NCBI RefSeq assembly: GCF_026210795.1
Contig: NC_089436.1
Span: 2,108,001 to 2,172,000, forward strand
Direction of reading: 5' to 3'
Length of the DNA stretch: 64,000 nucleotides
Origin: Rhizophagus irregularis
Taxonomy: Eukaryota
Shown piece after piece: positions 1 to 14,270 of this stretch (position 1 is the first letter of the stretch; every line of letters starts with the position of its first letter). The notes under the pieces are model-generated. The model saw only the letters and a list, made by a program, of their open reading frames with translations. It was not told the DNA's origin and did no database searches. A program made the position numbers and the translations under genes.

Positions 1-84
1 ATTATTCAGATTCATCAATGACTTCGATAAGTATATGAGAGATTATTAAAAGAAGGTACTTTAAATATGATGGATTTAATTTAG

Positions 85-567
85 AGCGAACGTGCAATGA
101 ATCAAATGAATTCAATGTTAAATTCTATGCCCGAAATGTCGGCAGAAACCACAAACGGTACTTCTAATAGTACTCGTTCAATGAATTATGGTATACCAAA
201 TGGAACTGTCAAGTCGGATAACGAGAGCAAGTCTAGTAAAAGACGAACATCTGAAAGAATTAAAGCTAAATCTCAGTCCAGTCAAGAACCATCACCATCT
301 GCCACATCAACGAAACGTCTCAGAGAAATTGAGAATGAGCGGGATGTGAAAGAAGAAGTTCAAAATCTCAAGCGCAAATTGGATGAAACAGAAGAATACT
401 TGAACTATGACGTAAATAGTAATAAGAGACGTGCTATTTGGGCAGGAATTGGTGCAGCCGTAGGTGCAGGAATTACAGCATTAGCCCTTCATAATATGGG
501 TATAGGATTGTCTGATATAGCATCCGGGATCTCTGATTTCTCATCTAAGTTCGCAGAAATGTTTTGA
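85..567 (+). CDS. Last exon of a gene starting upstream; Ser/Lys-rich region, coiled coil and C-terminal Gly/Ala-rich transmembrane helix (probable tail-anchored protein)
   Basis: ORF 97-567 is preceded by a ttag(ag) acceptor near 84-86. It has a coiled-coil-like segment (LREIENERDVKEEVQNLKRKLDE) and a hydrophobic AIWAGIGAAVGAGITALAL near the C-terminus. Confidence 0.7.
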   Translation, partial: SERAMNQMNSMLNSMPEMSAETTNGTSNSTRSMNYGIPNGTVKSDNESKSSKRRTSERIKAKSQSSQEPSPSATSTKRLREIENERDVKEEVQNLKRKLDETEEYLNYDVNSNKRRAIWAGIGAAVGAGITALALHNMGIGLSDIASGISDFSSKFAEMF

Positions 568-2703
568 TTAAAAGTTTTGTCTCGATTAAAATTTATAGGC
601 GTAAAAAAAAAAATGTTCGGTTATTCTCATTATTAATTCAAAATTTTTATAATATCTTGATATTCCGAATGTTCCTCTTCAATTGACTGATCAATATTCT
701 TTTTTACTTCTAGATGTTAGATTTTTGAAGGAGGGAATAAATTTTTTTTACGTATTGATTATATTGAACTTATTTGCATATATCGAAGGATTGCTGTTCA
801 TAAACTAGAGATATAAAATGATGTCAAATAACAAAGTAGACATTTCATTTTGCAAATTTTGTATATTTTTTTTATATATCTTCTTTTTTTTTTGCTTATA
901 TCTCTTTTTTCTTTGATACATCAATCATATATTAATACATCATCAGTAATCTTAAAAATCATTTATTTACGTGAACGTTTTTATATACTAAAAAATTATT
1001 TAATATTCATTAATATCTTCCGTTTAACGAACAAAAATACAGTTATTATAGTAATTTTTGAAAATTTCCGATATATAATATATATATAAAATTTTTTTTT
1101 AAAATTACATTATTTTTTTTTCTATTTTGGTCTGGTATCAAATTGATTTTGTAATTGATTTTGTATTATATTGGATTTTGTTGGGTATTTTCGAATATAG
1201 AATTGTTTTTTGATCAAAATATATTATTAAAAAAAAAAATAGATTTGATCAATAACTTTTTTTTGGTTTTTTTTCTGATGATGATTTTCGATGATTATAC
1301 CTTGTTAAAAATTATATGCATATATAAAACATTGATTTGCTCCGGAGTTACCGCAGTAACGCATCTCCGGACTCATAAAAATTCGATAAATATACATAAA
1401 AGATAATTCAACCAGAATATTGAAAAGTAGTAATAAACTATTATTAGATTAAAACAAATAAAATCAGATTATTAATCAGTAATTACTTCAAAACCCGTCG
1501 AATATAACCAAATTGAAATTAATTTATCGTCTAATTCTTACGTTAAATTTTGTTTACGTAACGTATTGCTGAAATCCAAATTATTGAATTCTAAACCCGA
1601 AATACAAATTGTTGGATTTATTGTAATGCAAATACTTGAATTTTTTTTTCAATTCACAAACTTACATAAATTTACAGTATAAATTTTTATATCTCTTATT
1701 CAATTCATATAAATACTATTTAATGAAATTATATGATGCAATTAATATTAATATTAATATTTAGTTAATTGAAACCTTCAATATCAATATCATATTCATA
1801 AATGAAATTAAAATTTTATAAGGGGGTATTTTTTTAGATGTTGGTACTGTAAAAGTGGACATATTGCTACTACCATGTTAGAAAATCTATGAATTCAAGT
1901 AAAATTGAAAATTGACTGGAAGCAAAATAACATTTTTGTATTACTAGAATTATTTCAATTATTCAATTTCAGATAAACTTGTATTAGAAAATTAAAAAAG
2001 TTAAGGACGATATAATTAATTCGTGTAATTTCTTAATGTCGTAATGCCGGTCAAAACTACTGATTTAGACGACCCCAAAAAAGGGTAGATCTGAACTACT
2101 ATTTTTTAAAAATTATTTGACTTCATATTTTTGGTTTATTTTTGAGTTAATGTCAAACCTCTATATATTCACCGATTAGTTTACAAAATGCAGAATTAAA
2201 GGTCTAAAAAAATAATATGATTTTAAAAGTGGAAATTTATTAACAATAGAAAGGTAATAACAAATTCTTGCATTATATTTGAAAACTCATAATGACTATT
2301 TTGACAAAGTAGTATATTAAGTCAAGTAATTTAGCACTTCTATACAGTAAAGTGAATAGTCATCAAAAGTTCAATAAATTGACTGATGATATTTTCCTAA
2401 ATTATACTTTTGATAAGAATGATTTTGCTATGATTTGTACATTTAAAGAAGACATATTTCCTAAAAGAAGAACTGCAACTAAAGAAAATTATAAAGTGAT
2501 GCGTCATATATTCACAAAAGGACATCTTACTTTTATGAAAACTGCAGCTATAAATATAAATGTAGTAGAGATAATATAATTTATGATATAAATATTATCA
2601 ATTAATAGTACAAAGGCTTAGTTTTTTTTATTATAAATGCCAATTTTAAATTTCTTCTTTATCTTTGAGATAAAACTTACCTTATAACCAATTTATTATT
2701 TTA

Positions 2704-3638
2704 TATCTGACAGTGTTTATATGTAGTTAGCTTTAGTTAAAAAAAAAATATGGTTTTAATCATTGGTTAAATTTTTAAGTTTTTTATAATGTATCATTCA
2801 GTGTATGAAATCTATTTATGAAATTTGCAAAGCACAAACTGCTTTTTGATTTTCACAAATTATATATAATTTTAGTTTATGTATAGTGCAACTTATAATT
2901 TTAAAATTTAATATTTAAAAACTTAAGATTTTGCAAATACATTATTAGTAATGTTGCTGCCTGAAACTAAAATTCAAAAATCTGAAACTTAAAAACTTTA
3001 TTTTTAATGAAAAACTTGGTAAATCTGAAATTTCTTAAATTATAATTAATTTCAGAAAAGTATAAAAACGTTTAGGCAATTAAGTTTATTATAAAAAATA
3101 ATTTCAAATTGAATTTTGACTAAACTAAAATTTTGAAAAAATAGTTTTAGCAAGCATCTTTAATTGTTAAATATGTAAATTAGATTTATTTTTATGCAAA
3201 TTGCATATAACTTTTTATTATATATTGTACAAAAAGTATTTGACTTGAATTTTATATATTGGTGTTGCTTTTGATCTCAAAATAACAGATCAGTTTTTTC
3301 TTTTAAGAAGAACAGTATACTGATAATGTTTAAATTTATTTTATTTTATTTTATTTTACTTTTGTAATTTTTTTTTTTATTATTTATTTTTATTATAAGT
3401 ACAGTTTTGTTATATTATAATTATACTTACTTATATATACTAAACTTATAATAATAAAAAAATAAAATACATATAAAAATTAAGTATTAATATAACTACT
3501 TCTTTAAAGAAAAAATTGACCTGTCATTTATGTGATTACATCATTATTTAAAAAATAATAATACAACCAAAATCTTTAGGTCAGTTTTAGTCAAAATCCA
3601 TATTTTCTTTTTAACTAAAAGTTAAATACTGTCAGATG
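2704..3638. mobile_element. Degenerate TA-flanked TIR element (Tc1/mariner-like), with a decayed taaggttgc-family MITE nested at ~2950-3162
   Basis: Inverted ends atctgacagt..ttagttaaaaa..aatatgg / ccatatttt..taactaaaa..actgtcagatg. Confidence 0.45.
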
Positions 3639-4415
3639 TAAAATATTTAACTTAAGATAAATTCTATCTAAAAAAATAATAATAATAAAAATAAAACAGA
3701 AAAATAAAGAAACTATAAAACAAAAAGTTCTATTTCTAATCTAATTAATTGCTGAATAAATCAAATTATTACTTATTATGCAACTTCATTTTTTTTTGAA
3801 CTTTTTATTTTTGTTTAGTAGTCTTAATTTTCATTAATTCTTTTATTTTTTTATCATACTATTAGTTGATAATATTTATATTAAAAATTATATCATTATT
3901 CAAGTATTTCAGTTTAAGTATTTTACTTTATTAATTGGAAGACAATTCTTTGTATATAGATAGATATATTATATATTTGTAATTCACTTCTAGTCACTAG
4001 TCTTCTTTTAGAAAGTTTTTCTTATGTAATTATGTATTATATAGAAATTATTTTCATTATACATATATATGGTTGAAAATAATTTTTTTGATTTAGACTA
4101 TTAAATATACAATAAATTAAGATCTTGTTAAATAAAAATACTAGATCACTTGATTTAATAAACTGTTCTTTAAATATTGATTCTTTCATTTTCAACAAAT
4201 AATAAAAAAGGTGGAAGGCTATCAGTATATCACTATTACTAAGTAGTCTTCACTTTTTCATATTATTGGCTAAACTTTTAATTTATCTTTTCATAAATAA
4301 ATCTATTTTCTTTGTATTAGGATTTAATCCTTCTTCTTTATATTTTGAATAGATTACTTAGTATTATATCAGCCCATTATCCTTATATTTTTTATAAGAT
4401 CTTTTTCCTTTATAT

Positions 4416-4595
4416 TATACATACCATTCAAATTATTTTGGGCTGCCGTAATTATAAGTAAAATTCCAAATTCAATTATAGTATCCCAAATTATTTTGGC
4501 ATTTTATTTACATAGTAAATTATATATAAATTAAATAAATTATAGCATTTCAAATTATAATTATACATCTCAAAATAATTTGGGCAACATATATA
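4416..4595 (-). mobile_element. hAT-type MITE, family A (tatacatgc TIR), decayed copy
   Basis: Reverse-complement copy of 44850-45026, flanked by ctttatat / ctttatag (8-bp TSD, 1 mismatch). Confidence 0.8.
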
Positions 4596-5187
4596 CTTTA
4601 TAGTATACAAATTGTTAATACTTTTACGCTTTAAATAAATTTCTTTTTGCTTAATGCATATATCTTTATTAAATATGACTTTCATTAATAGAATCTTAAG
4701 TAAAAGTTGAATGATCTGTTTCTTACATTTTCAACAAACTTTTCTATTATTTGATAGTATAATATTACATAATTGTAAACATAAGTTACAATACATGGTA
4801 ATCTAAAACTAAAATACTATATAGTATATTTAACTGAAAATCTAATATAAGTTATTATTTTGTTAATTCTAGATAATATTGAAGCTAATCATTTAACTAA
4901 TGATTAATATTTTTCTAATAACAAAAATCAAAATTTATTAAAGTATTTAATTCTTATTCTCTTTAATATAGTAATACAAATATTATTGCAATCAGATATT
5001 TAAATATACGAAATTTAATGTTCATATACTTTCTATCATTGATGATATCATATGAGAGTTTATACCTTTCCATTAGTATTGAGAACGGGATAAAGATAAG
5101 AACAAGATAAGATGGAATAATAACAGAACAATCTATAGATATAAACAAAAATTTTTTAATTTCTAAAACATTGGGATATTTATATTA

Positions 5188-5358
5188 CAGTCAAACCTTA
5201 ATATAGCGAATCCTTGATATAGTGAATTTTTCAGACAACTATAATAAATTTCCCTCGCAATAATGAATTAACCAATTAAATCTCTTAAAATCTTCACTAT
5301 AGTCTTATAGCGAAGTTGAAGTCTGGACCCTAGGGTTCGTTATAATAAGAGTTGACTG
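5188..5358. mobile_element. Tc1/mariner-pogo-type MITE
   Basis: TA|cagtcaaacc...gagttgactg|TA; second copy at 29493-29664. Confidence 0.8.
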
Positions 5359-6104
5359 TACATGATATTATAATATTTATTTAATTTATTTACAATTTAT
5401 AAAATTATTATTAAAAAAAAAAAATTTCTTAAAAAATGAACTTAAATTCCATTCAATTATTATAAATATATATTATATTATTTTGATTTTTATTTTCTTT
5501 AAATTCATAAGTTTCTTCTTTTAACATTTCTGATTATCCTTACAAATAATTATTAAATTCTTTTTTAAATTTTCTTTTCTTTTTTTTTTTCTTTAATAAT
5601 TACTAGATTTTCTTCAACTTCTTTTTCATTATTATTTTTCTTTTCATTACAAGTTATAATACTTAATGGAATTAAAATTGCAGAATCAGAATTTATATGA
5701 TATTTTCATATTATATCTGCGAATCTGCCTTAATTTATTCATATTAAGAACTTTTGATGACTAAAAAAAATAACATGTTAATTTAATATTTGTTTATGAA
5801 TGTTGCTAATTTGCATTTGAGGTGAAATCACCTAAAGGTGATTTCACCCAAGTCACAATTAATTTATTAAATTTATTAAATTTGATTATTGTAAATTTAA
5901 TATTTCTCACTTCATAATTTAACATATAAATCCTCTGTAAATTTTTTAAAATTTTTTGATTGGCTAAATTTTTTTAAATATACTGTATAATAAACATGCT
6001 TAAAATATTTTCGCACTAAAGTTTATAACAATTTATTAATTTTTAATAGATTACATGATTTATTGATTGAAAAAAACAAACTCATACTATCCAAAATTCT
6101 AAAT

Positions 6105-7010
6105 TTTTTAATAGGAATGATAAAAAGAATGAGTCACAATGATAAAGAAAAGAGAATATATGAATGAAAAAAGGAAAAAAGAATGAGGGTAAATGAAAAA
6201 AGGAAAAAAGAATGAGGGTAAATGAAAAAAATAGGGAGTGAAAGGGAATGAAAGAAATGAAGGGGGAGTGAAGGAGAAATAAAATAGAGCAAAGGGAGAG
6301 TGAAAAAATGAAAGGAACGAAAAAGATAAAGTGGGAATGAAAAAAAATGAAAAGAATGAAGAGGAACAAAATGGAGCAAAGGGAAATAAAAAAATGAAAA
6401 GAACAAAGGATAATATAAAGAAATAAAAAGGATGAAATGGGAATGGAAAAAAAATGAAAATAACAAAGGATAATATAAATGAACGAAAAAGATAAAATAG
6501 GAATGGAAAAAAATGAAAGTAACGAAGGGCAGTGTAAAGGAACAAAAAAGATGAAGTAGAAATGAAATAAAAATGAATGAGAGGTAGTGTAAATGAATGA
6601 AAAAGAAAAAATGGAAACGAAAAAAAAGAAAGGAATGAAAAAAATAAAGTGGAAATGAAAAAAAAAGTGGGAATGAAAAAAAAATGAAAGGACTGAAAAA
6701 GAAATAAAAACAATGGAAAAAATGAAGGAAGGGAAAAACAAAAAAAAAGCAAAAGAAATAAAGAGACAAAAGGAGAGCAAAAAATGGAAAAGGGATGAAA
6801 ATGAGATAAACAGAAGATCAAGTAACAATCAAACCCATAAAATAAAAGAAGAAATAAAGTTAATAGGGAACAGAGATTATATGTAATAAATAAATAAAAA
6901 CAAAAAAATAAAAACATACCTTAGTAGTTGCAGAAAAGAACTAAAAGACTTAAAAAAAATGAAATACAAAATGTAAGAAATGAAATACAAGAATGAAATA
7001 AAAAATAAGA
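6105..7010. repeat. Purine-rich (A/G) low-complexity degenerate tandem repeat
   Basis: Runs of aaaatgaaaa/gggaatg units; the overlapping Phe/Ser-rich minus-strand ORFs are compositional artefacts. Confidence 0.8.
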
Positions 7011-7034
7011 AGAACGGCCATGTAGTGCTGGATA

Positions 7035-7463
7035 TATACATGCTGCCCAAATTATTTTGGGATGCCATAATTATAATTTGGGATGCCATAATTCATTCAG
7101 TTTATATATAATTTACTATGTAAAGTGCCAAAATAATTTGGGATGCCATAATTGAATTTTGGATTTTACTTATAATTACGGCAGTCCAAAATAATTTGGG
7201 TGGCATGTAAGGTTGCTTGCCGAAACCTAGGGGTTTAGGCAAGATGGCGTTTCGCCGAAAAGCGAAATTCTGCTGAAACTATATTAAATTTATATTAAAA
7301 AACTGGCGAAACTTTGGAGAAAGGCGAAACTGCCGAAACTTATTATAAATGCCGAAACTGCCAAAACTCTGCCGAAACTATAATAAATCTATAGTAAAAT
7401 TTTGACAAAACTAATCGTAGGATTTTGAAGAGGTTTAGACAAGCAACCTTAGTGGCATGTATA
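7035..7463 (+). mobile_element. hAT-type MITE, family A, carrying a nested MITE in its right TIR
   Basis: TIRs tatacatgctgccc / gggtggcatgtata; perfect 8-bp TSD gctggata (7027-7034, 7464-7471). Confidence 0.9.
7208..7451 (+). mobile_element. hAT-type MITE, family B (taaggttgcttg TIR)
   Basis: TIRs taaggttgcttg / caagcaacctta; perfect 8-bp TSD gtggcatg (7200-7207, 7452-7459); internal gccgaaact repeats. Confidence 0.9.
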
Positions 7464-8928
7464 GCTGGATATACTTAATTGCAAAACCAAAAAAACCAAA
7501 GGACCTAAAAAAATGAAATAAAATTAGTAGGAAACAAAATGCAAGAAGTAAAAATGAAAAAAAAAGAAAACGTATTTGAGTGCCATGTAAAAGAGTGAAA
7601 GTACCTAAAGAAAAAAAAGATTATCCAAGTATGTTTAAAAAAAAAATAAACAAACATAAGCCAGAAATGATCAGTACATTAATTAGCCAATAAAATTTGA
7701 TAGGATGCACATGTACAAATTTAATAATGAGGTGTATCACTGGGTAAATTATTTGTTATATAAATTATCAGGTTAAATCATTTTAGATGAAAATAATTAA
7801 AATCATTCTGAGTGTAAATTAGTTATATTCTTTGTTTATATTATTTATAAAATAAAAAATTAAATACCTTTAAATGATTTTGATGATTAGTTTGCAAAAA
7901 ACCTATACAACTCTATAAATATTTAATAGAAGTAGTATTTACATAAATACCAAATAATGTATAAGCAACTAATTCTAATTTATTTGTAGATACTTTTACA
8001 AAATACCAATATCTTCAGATATTATTATTAAATTGTTTATATTTATTATCATTAAACAGATATTTGCCTAAACAAAAATTATCAAATTTACTTAAAATAT
8101 AGGTGAATTTCTTTTCAAACTATACTCAGTTACTCCATTTTTTTTTTAATCATATACAGCAAGTTGAATATTTGCATAATTATTTCAAAATTGAAAAAAA
8201 TATGCAAAATAGTATGTAACTTGAAATAAATATATATGTTTTATCCTTTTAAAAAATATTTAGTATTTTGCAATATAAATACAACATTTTTACAATTAAA
8301 TATATGTTCGTTCAAAATAATTCAGAATCAATGATTTCAAACATTTCACATAAAATAGTTGGAATTTTTCCTGCTTATTGTCAAACTTAATTAAAAAATG
8401 GTTTAAAATTAATTGCAAGTATCTAAATTATTAAATTTTCATAAGTTAATTAAAATATAATATAATTAATAATGAATTTAACAATATATTGGTAAATTTG
8501 CTTGTAATACTTATTGAGTTCTCAAAAGACTTGAATATATTTTGTAATAACTATTCCACCAGATTTCTTCTGGAGCTGCTAATGCATAAATTTTATTATT
8601 GTAAGTAATTTTTTACTGTTCATGTAATTTTACTATAAAAAATTTATGATTAGAATTTCTAAAGTAAATTGTAAGTTTAATCGCATTACACTGGCCTATA
8701 AAAAGTATTTAATTTTATTATGTGATTTTGCATTTTTATATTACGATTGGTAATTTTTTTCTATCATATTTATAAATAAAAAAGATAATAAAATATTTAT
8801 TTTTAACTTTTCTTTTAGTTTTAAATGTATAAAAACGAAGTTTTAAAGATTTACAAAAAATAAATTATTAGTGTATATCTTAGTAATACTAAATAAAAAG
8901 TTGTTTCTGCTCAGCTTGGTATTCTGGC

Positions 8929-9835
8929 TAGGGATTGAAATCAATTCAATTGAAAATTGAATCTTGAGAATCGATTAAAGATTCGATTTAGCGATTCGAT
9001 TTTTAGTTTTGATTAATTGAATCTTAATCGAATTTATGTATAATAATTTCACAGCACCAATCATTTTTTTTTTGCATTTGTTGCACAGCAATTTTGATGA
9101 TCTCGACGCATGAAGTTTTAAGTGGATTTAACTAATAAATTTAACTAATAAATTTAACTAATGAGTTTTATTTATAATAAATTTTATTTATTGAAATATT
9201 TTAGAATGTTTAATACAAATTTATCAAAAAAACTAATTCATTTCCAATTTAATAAGTTATTTTTTCACTGCAAATATATCCACATGTTCTCTATTTCTTT
9301 TTAAAAACATAATTTTGTTAATGATACTTGAATCTAAGCGAGTTCTTTGGAAAGTAACTAAATTATTAGCATCAGAAAAAAGTCTTTCTGATGGTACAGA
9401 GGTGGCTGGAATAGAAAGATACTTCATTGCCATTTTATACAATATAGGATATTGAGCTTTATTTGTTGTCCACCATGTAAAGGAATCATACTCCTCAAGA
9501 GCTGGTAATTCTGGTAAATTAAGATAATGCTAGACTTCATTCTTTATTGGAGTTACATTTCTTTCATTTTTTTTCATCCAAAAGCTGCCCATTGTTGTTA
9601 ATGTTAAATTAGATCTCACAGGAATACTAGGAATTGAATCATTTTTAAGAACTTCATATTCTGTTTCTAATTGATTAATAATTTTCTCACGTGTTTCTTG
9701 AGATACAAAGTCTAAGCCTTTGAAACGAGGATCAAGAAATGATCCTTTTATACAAAGTTCTTGAGGAAATTCCCATCTTGATCGTAAATCTTCTAAGATT
9801 GCTTTCAAAAAGTTAGTTATGATATTGTGATTCAC
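8929..9835 (-). pseudogene. 3' remnant of a hAT transposon: C-terminal dimerisation domain plus terminal TIR
   Basis: FLDPRFK and KYLSIPATSVPSERLFS..RTRL motifs are interrupted by stops. The terminus tagggattgaaatc at 8929 matches the TIR of the MITE at 31390-31615. Confidence 0.85.
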
Positions 9836-12800
9836 CTTTTTATATGATTTTAATATAAAAAAGTGAATTGCAATATTTCAAAAAAAAAATGTTTTGCACT
9901 ATTATTTTTTGATATTTTAATAAAAATCCTGAAAATTTTCAGGGTTTAGTTCAAATCAGGTCAAACAGATAATCTGATATAACCTGACCTGACTTGTTTT
10001 AAAAAAAATTTCAGGTTAGGTTTATCAATTAACCTGACCTGACCTAACTTATTTGGAATTCTATGTTTTCTATTGATTTTATTATTTAAAATAATTTAAT
10101 AAATATCTAGGTATTATACATAATAAATATCCAATTATTATATAAATTTTATACATATCTACTAATAATAAAAATTCATGCAATGATAAAAGGTATAAGG
10201 TCAAAACTTCTGAAATCTGTATTTCCATTATAAGTAATAAAGTAAAATAGTTAAAGTATTTTCTTTATTTAAAATAATTATTTATATATTATTAAAAATA
10301 TTTTCAGAATTTAAAGTTAATAAAAGAAATAAAATAAAATAATATATTACTAATAAATAAACTAATAGATAAAATAAGAAAATTTTATTCTTATTCAGAT
10401 AATTTTTTACTTCTCTTTAGTAAAACAGGTAAAATTACTTATAAATTATAATTTAAAAAACTATATGAAATTTATATTAAATTTTTTTTTATCAAAAATT
10501 ACATTATTTCTCTTTTAAAAATAATTAGTATGACATCATTTTTATATATTTATAAATACCATTTTTAACATTTTTAATAATAATACAATATAATATTAAA
10601 TACTGTAGTATGATTTATAATTTAATATAAAAATATATTTTTATTTTAATAAATTATATTAATTTTTATAAATTTATATTAATAATTTTAGCAAATTAGT
10701 ATTTTAATATAATTGAGAATAATAATTTTATATAAAAGTATTAAAACACTGTTAAAACATATCTTCCTTTTTTGAAAACTATTATATAGTAAATTTGCTG
10801 ATCATTTGATATCATAAATTCATTTTTTTGAATAATAAATGTAGTGTAAACTTTATATATTTATTATAAAACCTTTAAAATACATATTTTATATGTATTA
10901 TTGCCTGTTTTATAACTTTACTTATAAGGCTAAAAAGAGTTTGAAATATTAATTTTGACTTTTACATATAATATAATATAGGGGAATACATTGCTATACA
11001 TTTATGTATAAATTTTTAAACTCTATATAATTTAATAAAAATTTAATTATTACAATTAATAATTATTAATATTAAAAAATATGGATTTTATTTCATAATT
11101 AAATTTATTTTAATGAAATATCAAAAATTTTTAAGTATATAATATACAAAAAATATAAAACTGACTTATATAAAAACAACATTTTTTATATATATTTTAT
11201 ATATAGTGAATTGATTCAAAAATTATAAATTTATTTAACTTTAAAATTATATATTTTTATAAAAACTTGTATAATATTTTATAATTACTGAATATTTTTA
11301 TGAAAGAAAAAGCTTTTTTAATAAAATATTTAAATGGTTTTATTTATATTATAAATAAATATTTTTTATTATTTATACTGCTAAATTATAATTATTTATT
11401 AATAAAAATATTCAAAGTTATTTAAAAAAACCAATTATTCAATTATAAAACATTAATTGAAAAATATTTTTATATTAATTGTTTTCTTGATACACTTCAT
11501 ATTACTATTTTATATACTACATTATTTAAGTAGGTGATATAGGTCAAAAAGGTAACTTTTGCATCCCTTGCTGTGCCACGCACGTAACTAAATTGACTAA
11601 ATTGACTAAATTGACTAAATTTACGGTTTACCGGAATTTTTTTTAATTTTACCATATAAAATTCAGTCTAACTTTACAATAGAATGTTAATAAAATCAGA
11701 TGACTTGGAATACAACCGAAATGCAACTCGTTCCGTAAGTACGCTAAAATTCATGTGAAGGAAATAAAATTTCATTAATCACTCGGAGCTTTTTAATCAC
11801 ATATGCACTTTTGATTCTGAAACGTAAACCTTGAATCTTTGAGAAAAAAAGAAGTTACACATCTTTGTAACAAATTATAATGAGCCTTTTTTTCGAGTTA
11901 TTTAAACTTAATCTTCTCTCTAATTCTTCAAAGAAAAAAATCTTTTAACACATGTATAGAACTTTTACTTCCACATTTGTTTTAATGTTCTGCATGAAAA
12001 TGAAAAACATTTGATATTAACATGACTTATCTACCACAAAAAATTTTAAATTCACACACTTATCTTAAAATAAAAAAGCCAAACTTCTTTAAGAGTATTT
12101 ATTTTATTTCCTTAATATATTTTGCATTTCGCGATGTTTTAATATAAACCATACATAGATATTTAAGTGTTACTACATTCTCTCCTTGCATTAAATCTCT
12201 ACGTCATCTGTTAGATAGTCATTTTAGCTTCATTATAAAGACACGTTAGTGTTATAATCGGTCTGTAGCCTCAACATATGAAATGTCCGAAATTTGGCGT
12301 ACTTTTCAATATATCCATTTTACAATAATAAAAAAAAAATTTTTTTTTTTTTTAGCGCGCATTTTAATTTTATTTCAGTCCAATCTTTTTTTTTTAGATC
12401 TTGTCATTTTTATAAAATTTTAAGATAGTGGGAAGATATAAACACATAATTATCAGATTGTATCGCACTTTTAAAGATAATCAAGTTTTATAACAAGTTT
12501 TATAGTTTTTTTATTTGTTAAAAATTTTTTTTTTAAAAAAAAAACCAAACATATTTATCATGTTACTTTTTATTTGTTACCTATCAAATACAAACTCATG
12601 AAAAAAAAGAAGAAAAAAAAATAAAAAAAGATTCTTTAGATTTTTTTTTTCATCTTTTGTTAAAACTGATCATTAAAATTTAAAACAAGGGATTTAAAAC
12701 AAGGGGTAGTCATACAAAATACTCCCAAGTTTATATTGCTATTAAAGTTACGTTTTACTTTTGTTTTAGATGAGAATTTTTTTTTTTTTTTTTCAATAGA

Positions 12801-14270
12801 CAAAGAAATAATTTTTTTCACGAATGCATGTAAATTACAGAGAGGAGTCATCAATACGTTTATTCAGCGACATTATCATATCGTATATGCGTAGCAACAT
12901 GGCGCAGTATTTTTGAAAAAAAAAATGATTGACATTGTTTATTTTACAATAAAAGACAATAGATGGTTACACTATTTCATTTTTTTTGACAGTTGGTTTG
13001 TGCACGTTGCAAATCAAATGTAATTTTTTTTTTGTTTGTAAAAAAGTGTCATTGTTATTAGTATAAAGTAAATCACGTAGTCAAATTAATCGTGCCGGGG
13101 AGAGAAAAAAAAAAAATATATATATATTTATTAATTATTTTTTTTTCTCGTGAAAATTAATTATACATTTACATTCTTATGCAACAGCTAAAAAAATGTT
13201 CATTGTTGAAAGATCTTTAAATAAATTTCTCGACTCAAAGATCTCTGAGTCAATTTTAAAGATTACTTAATCACTAAATAAATTCATTTGAATAAAGCGA
13301 AAAGGTGAAGAAAACGATGATAAACAATGTAGAAAGTCAATGGAGCTTTTTTAATAAAATCGACTTTAGAAATGTTAAAGTTAATGTAATATCCATTGTT
13401 TTCTTTTGCATTTGCATAAAAAAGAAAAAAGAGATCATTAAAGTGTTCTTTTCATATTCTGTAAGGAAGCGGCATGTATTATGTGCAATTATTATTATTA
13501 TTTATTATTTATTTTTTTTTTTTATTTTTATTCCATTTTATTCTACTTCTTTGTAATTACTTGCTTGAATGAGTTTTGTAGAATTCATAGAATACTGTAA
13601 ATAAATCAATCAATCATTCAACATAATTTTTCCTTGAAAAGAACTTAAATTTTTTTTATTACTTTAATTGTTGTCATATACATTTTCTTTTTTTTTTTTA
13701 ATCATATATAGTTTTTTCTCTAAAAAAAAATTTGTAATTTGAAGATAATTGAAATATTTGAGATTTGAGAAGTAAAGAAAAAGTAAAGAAAATAGAAAAA
13801 AAAGATAATCATCGAAAAAGGTAAATTTATATATATAATAGTACTTATTACATACGGAGTAAATAATAAGTAAAAAGAAATTCATTTGTTCAAACTAAAA
13901 AGAAACGAGTAAAATTAAAAGGTACGTCTCATGCGTTCAAGATTAAAAGCCATGCATTTTACTTGCATTACTTTACGAATGCTGCGTAAAAAAAAACCGA
14001 AAACTCTTTTAAACTAATAAGAGGTTATATAATCGATAAAAAAAAAAAACAACGATAATGATTAACGCCAAACTTCGGAATACCTTAACGAGCAAGGTAA
14101 AGAAAAAAAAAAGGAATATTAATAGAATTAATATTCTGAATGATAAAAAATCAAGAAAATTGCGGGAAAAAAGAATTCAATACATTCAATACTTTAAGAT
14201 AAGTCTTACTATTTTTAGGAACTGCCAAACAAAAAAAAAAGAACAAAAACCCCCTTCAAATTTCTATCCC

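Noticed and set aside
5821..5848. Isolated hairpin ggtgaaatcacct-aa-aggtgatttcacc
   Set aside because: Single short palindrome with no TSD or second clean copy; cannot be assigned.
6082..6917. Three overlapping Phe/Ser-rich membrane-protein-like ORFs
   Set aside because: Artefact of a pyrimidine-rich low-complexity strand that lacks stop codons.
11586..11622. (actaaattg)n short tandem repeat
   Set aside because: About four copies only; ordinary minisatellite, not telomeric.
13938..13958. caagattaaaagccatgcat resembles the 18S rRNA 5' region
   Set aside because: Only ~20 nt with indels; no flanking rRNA similarity or snoRNA boxes.
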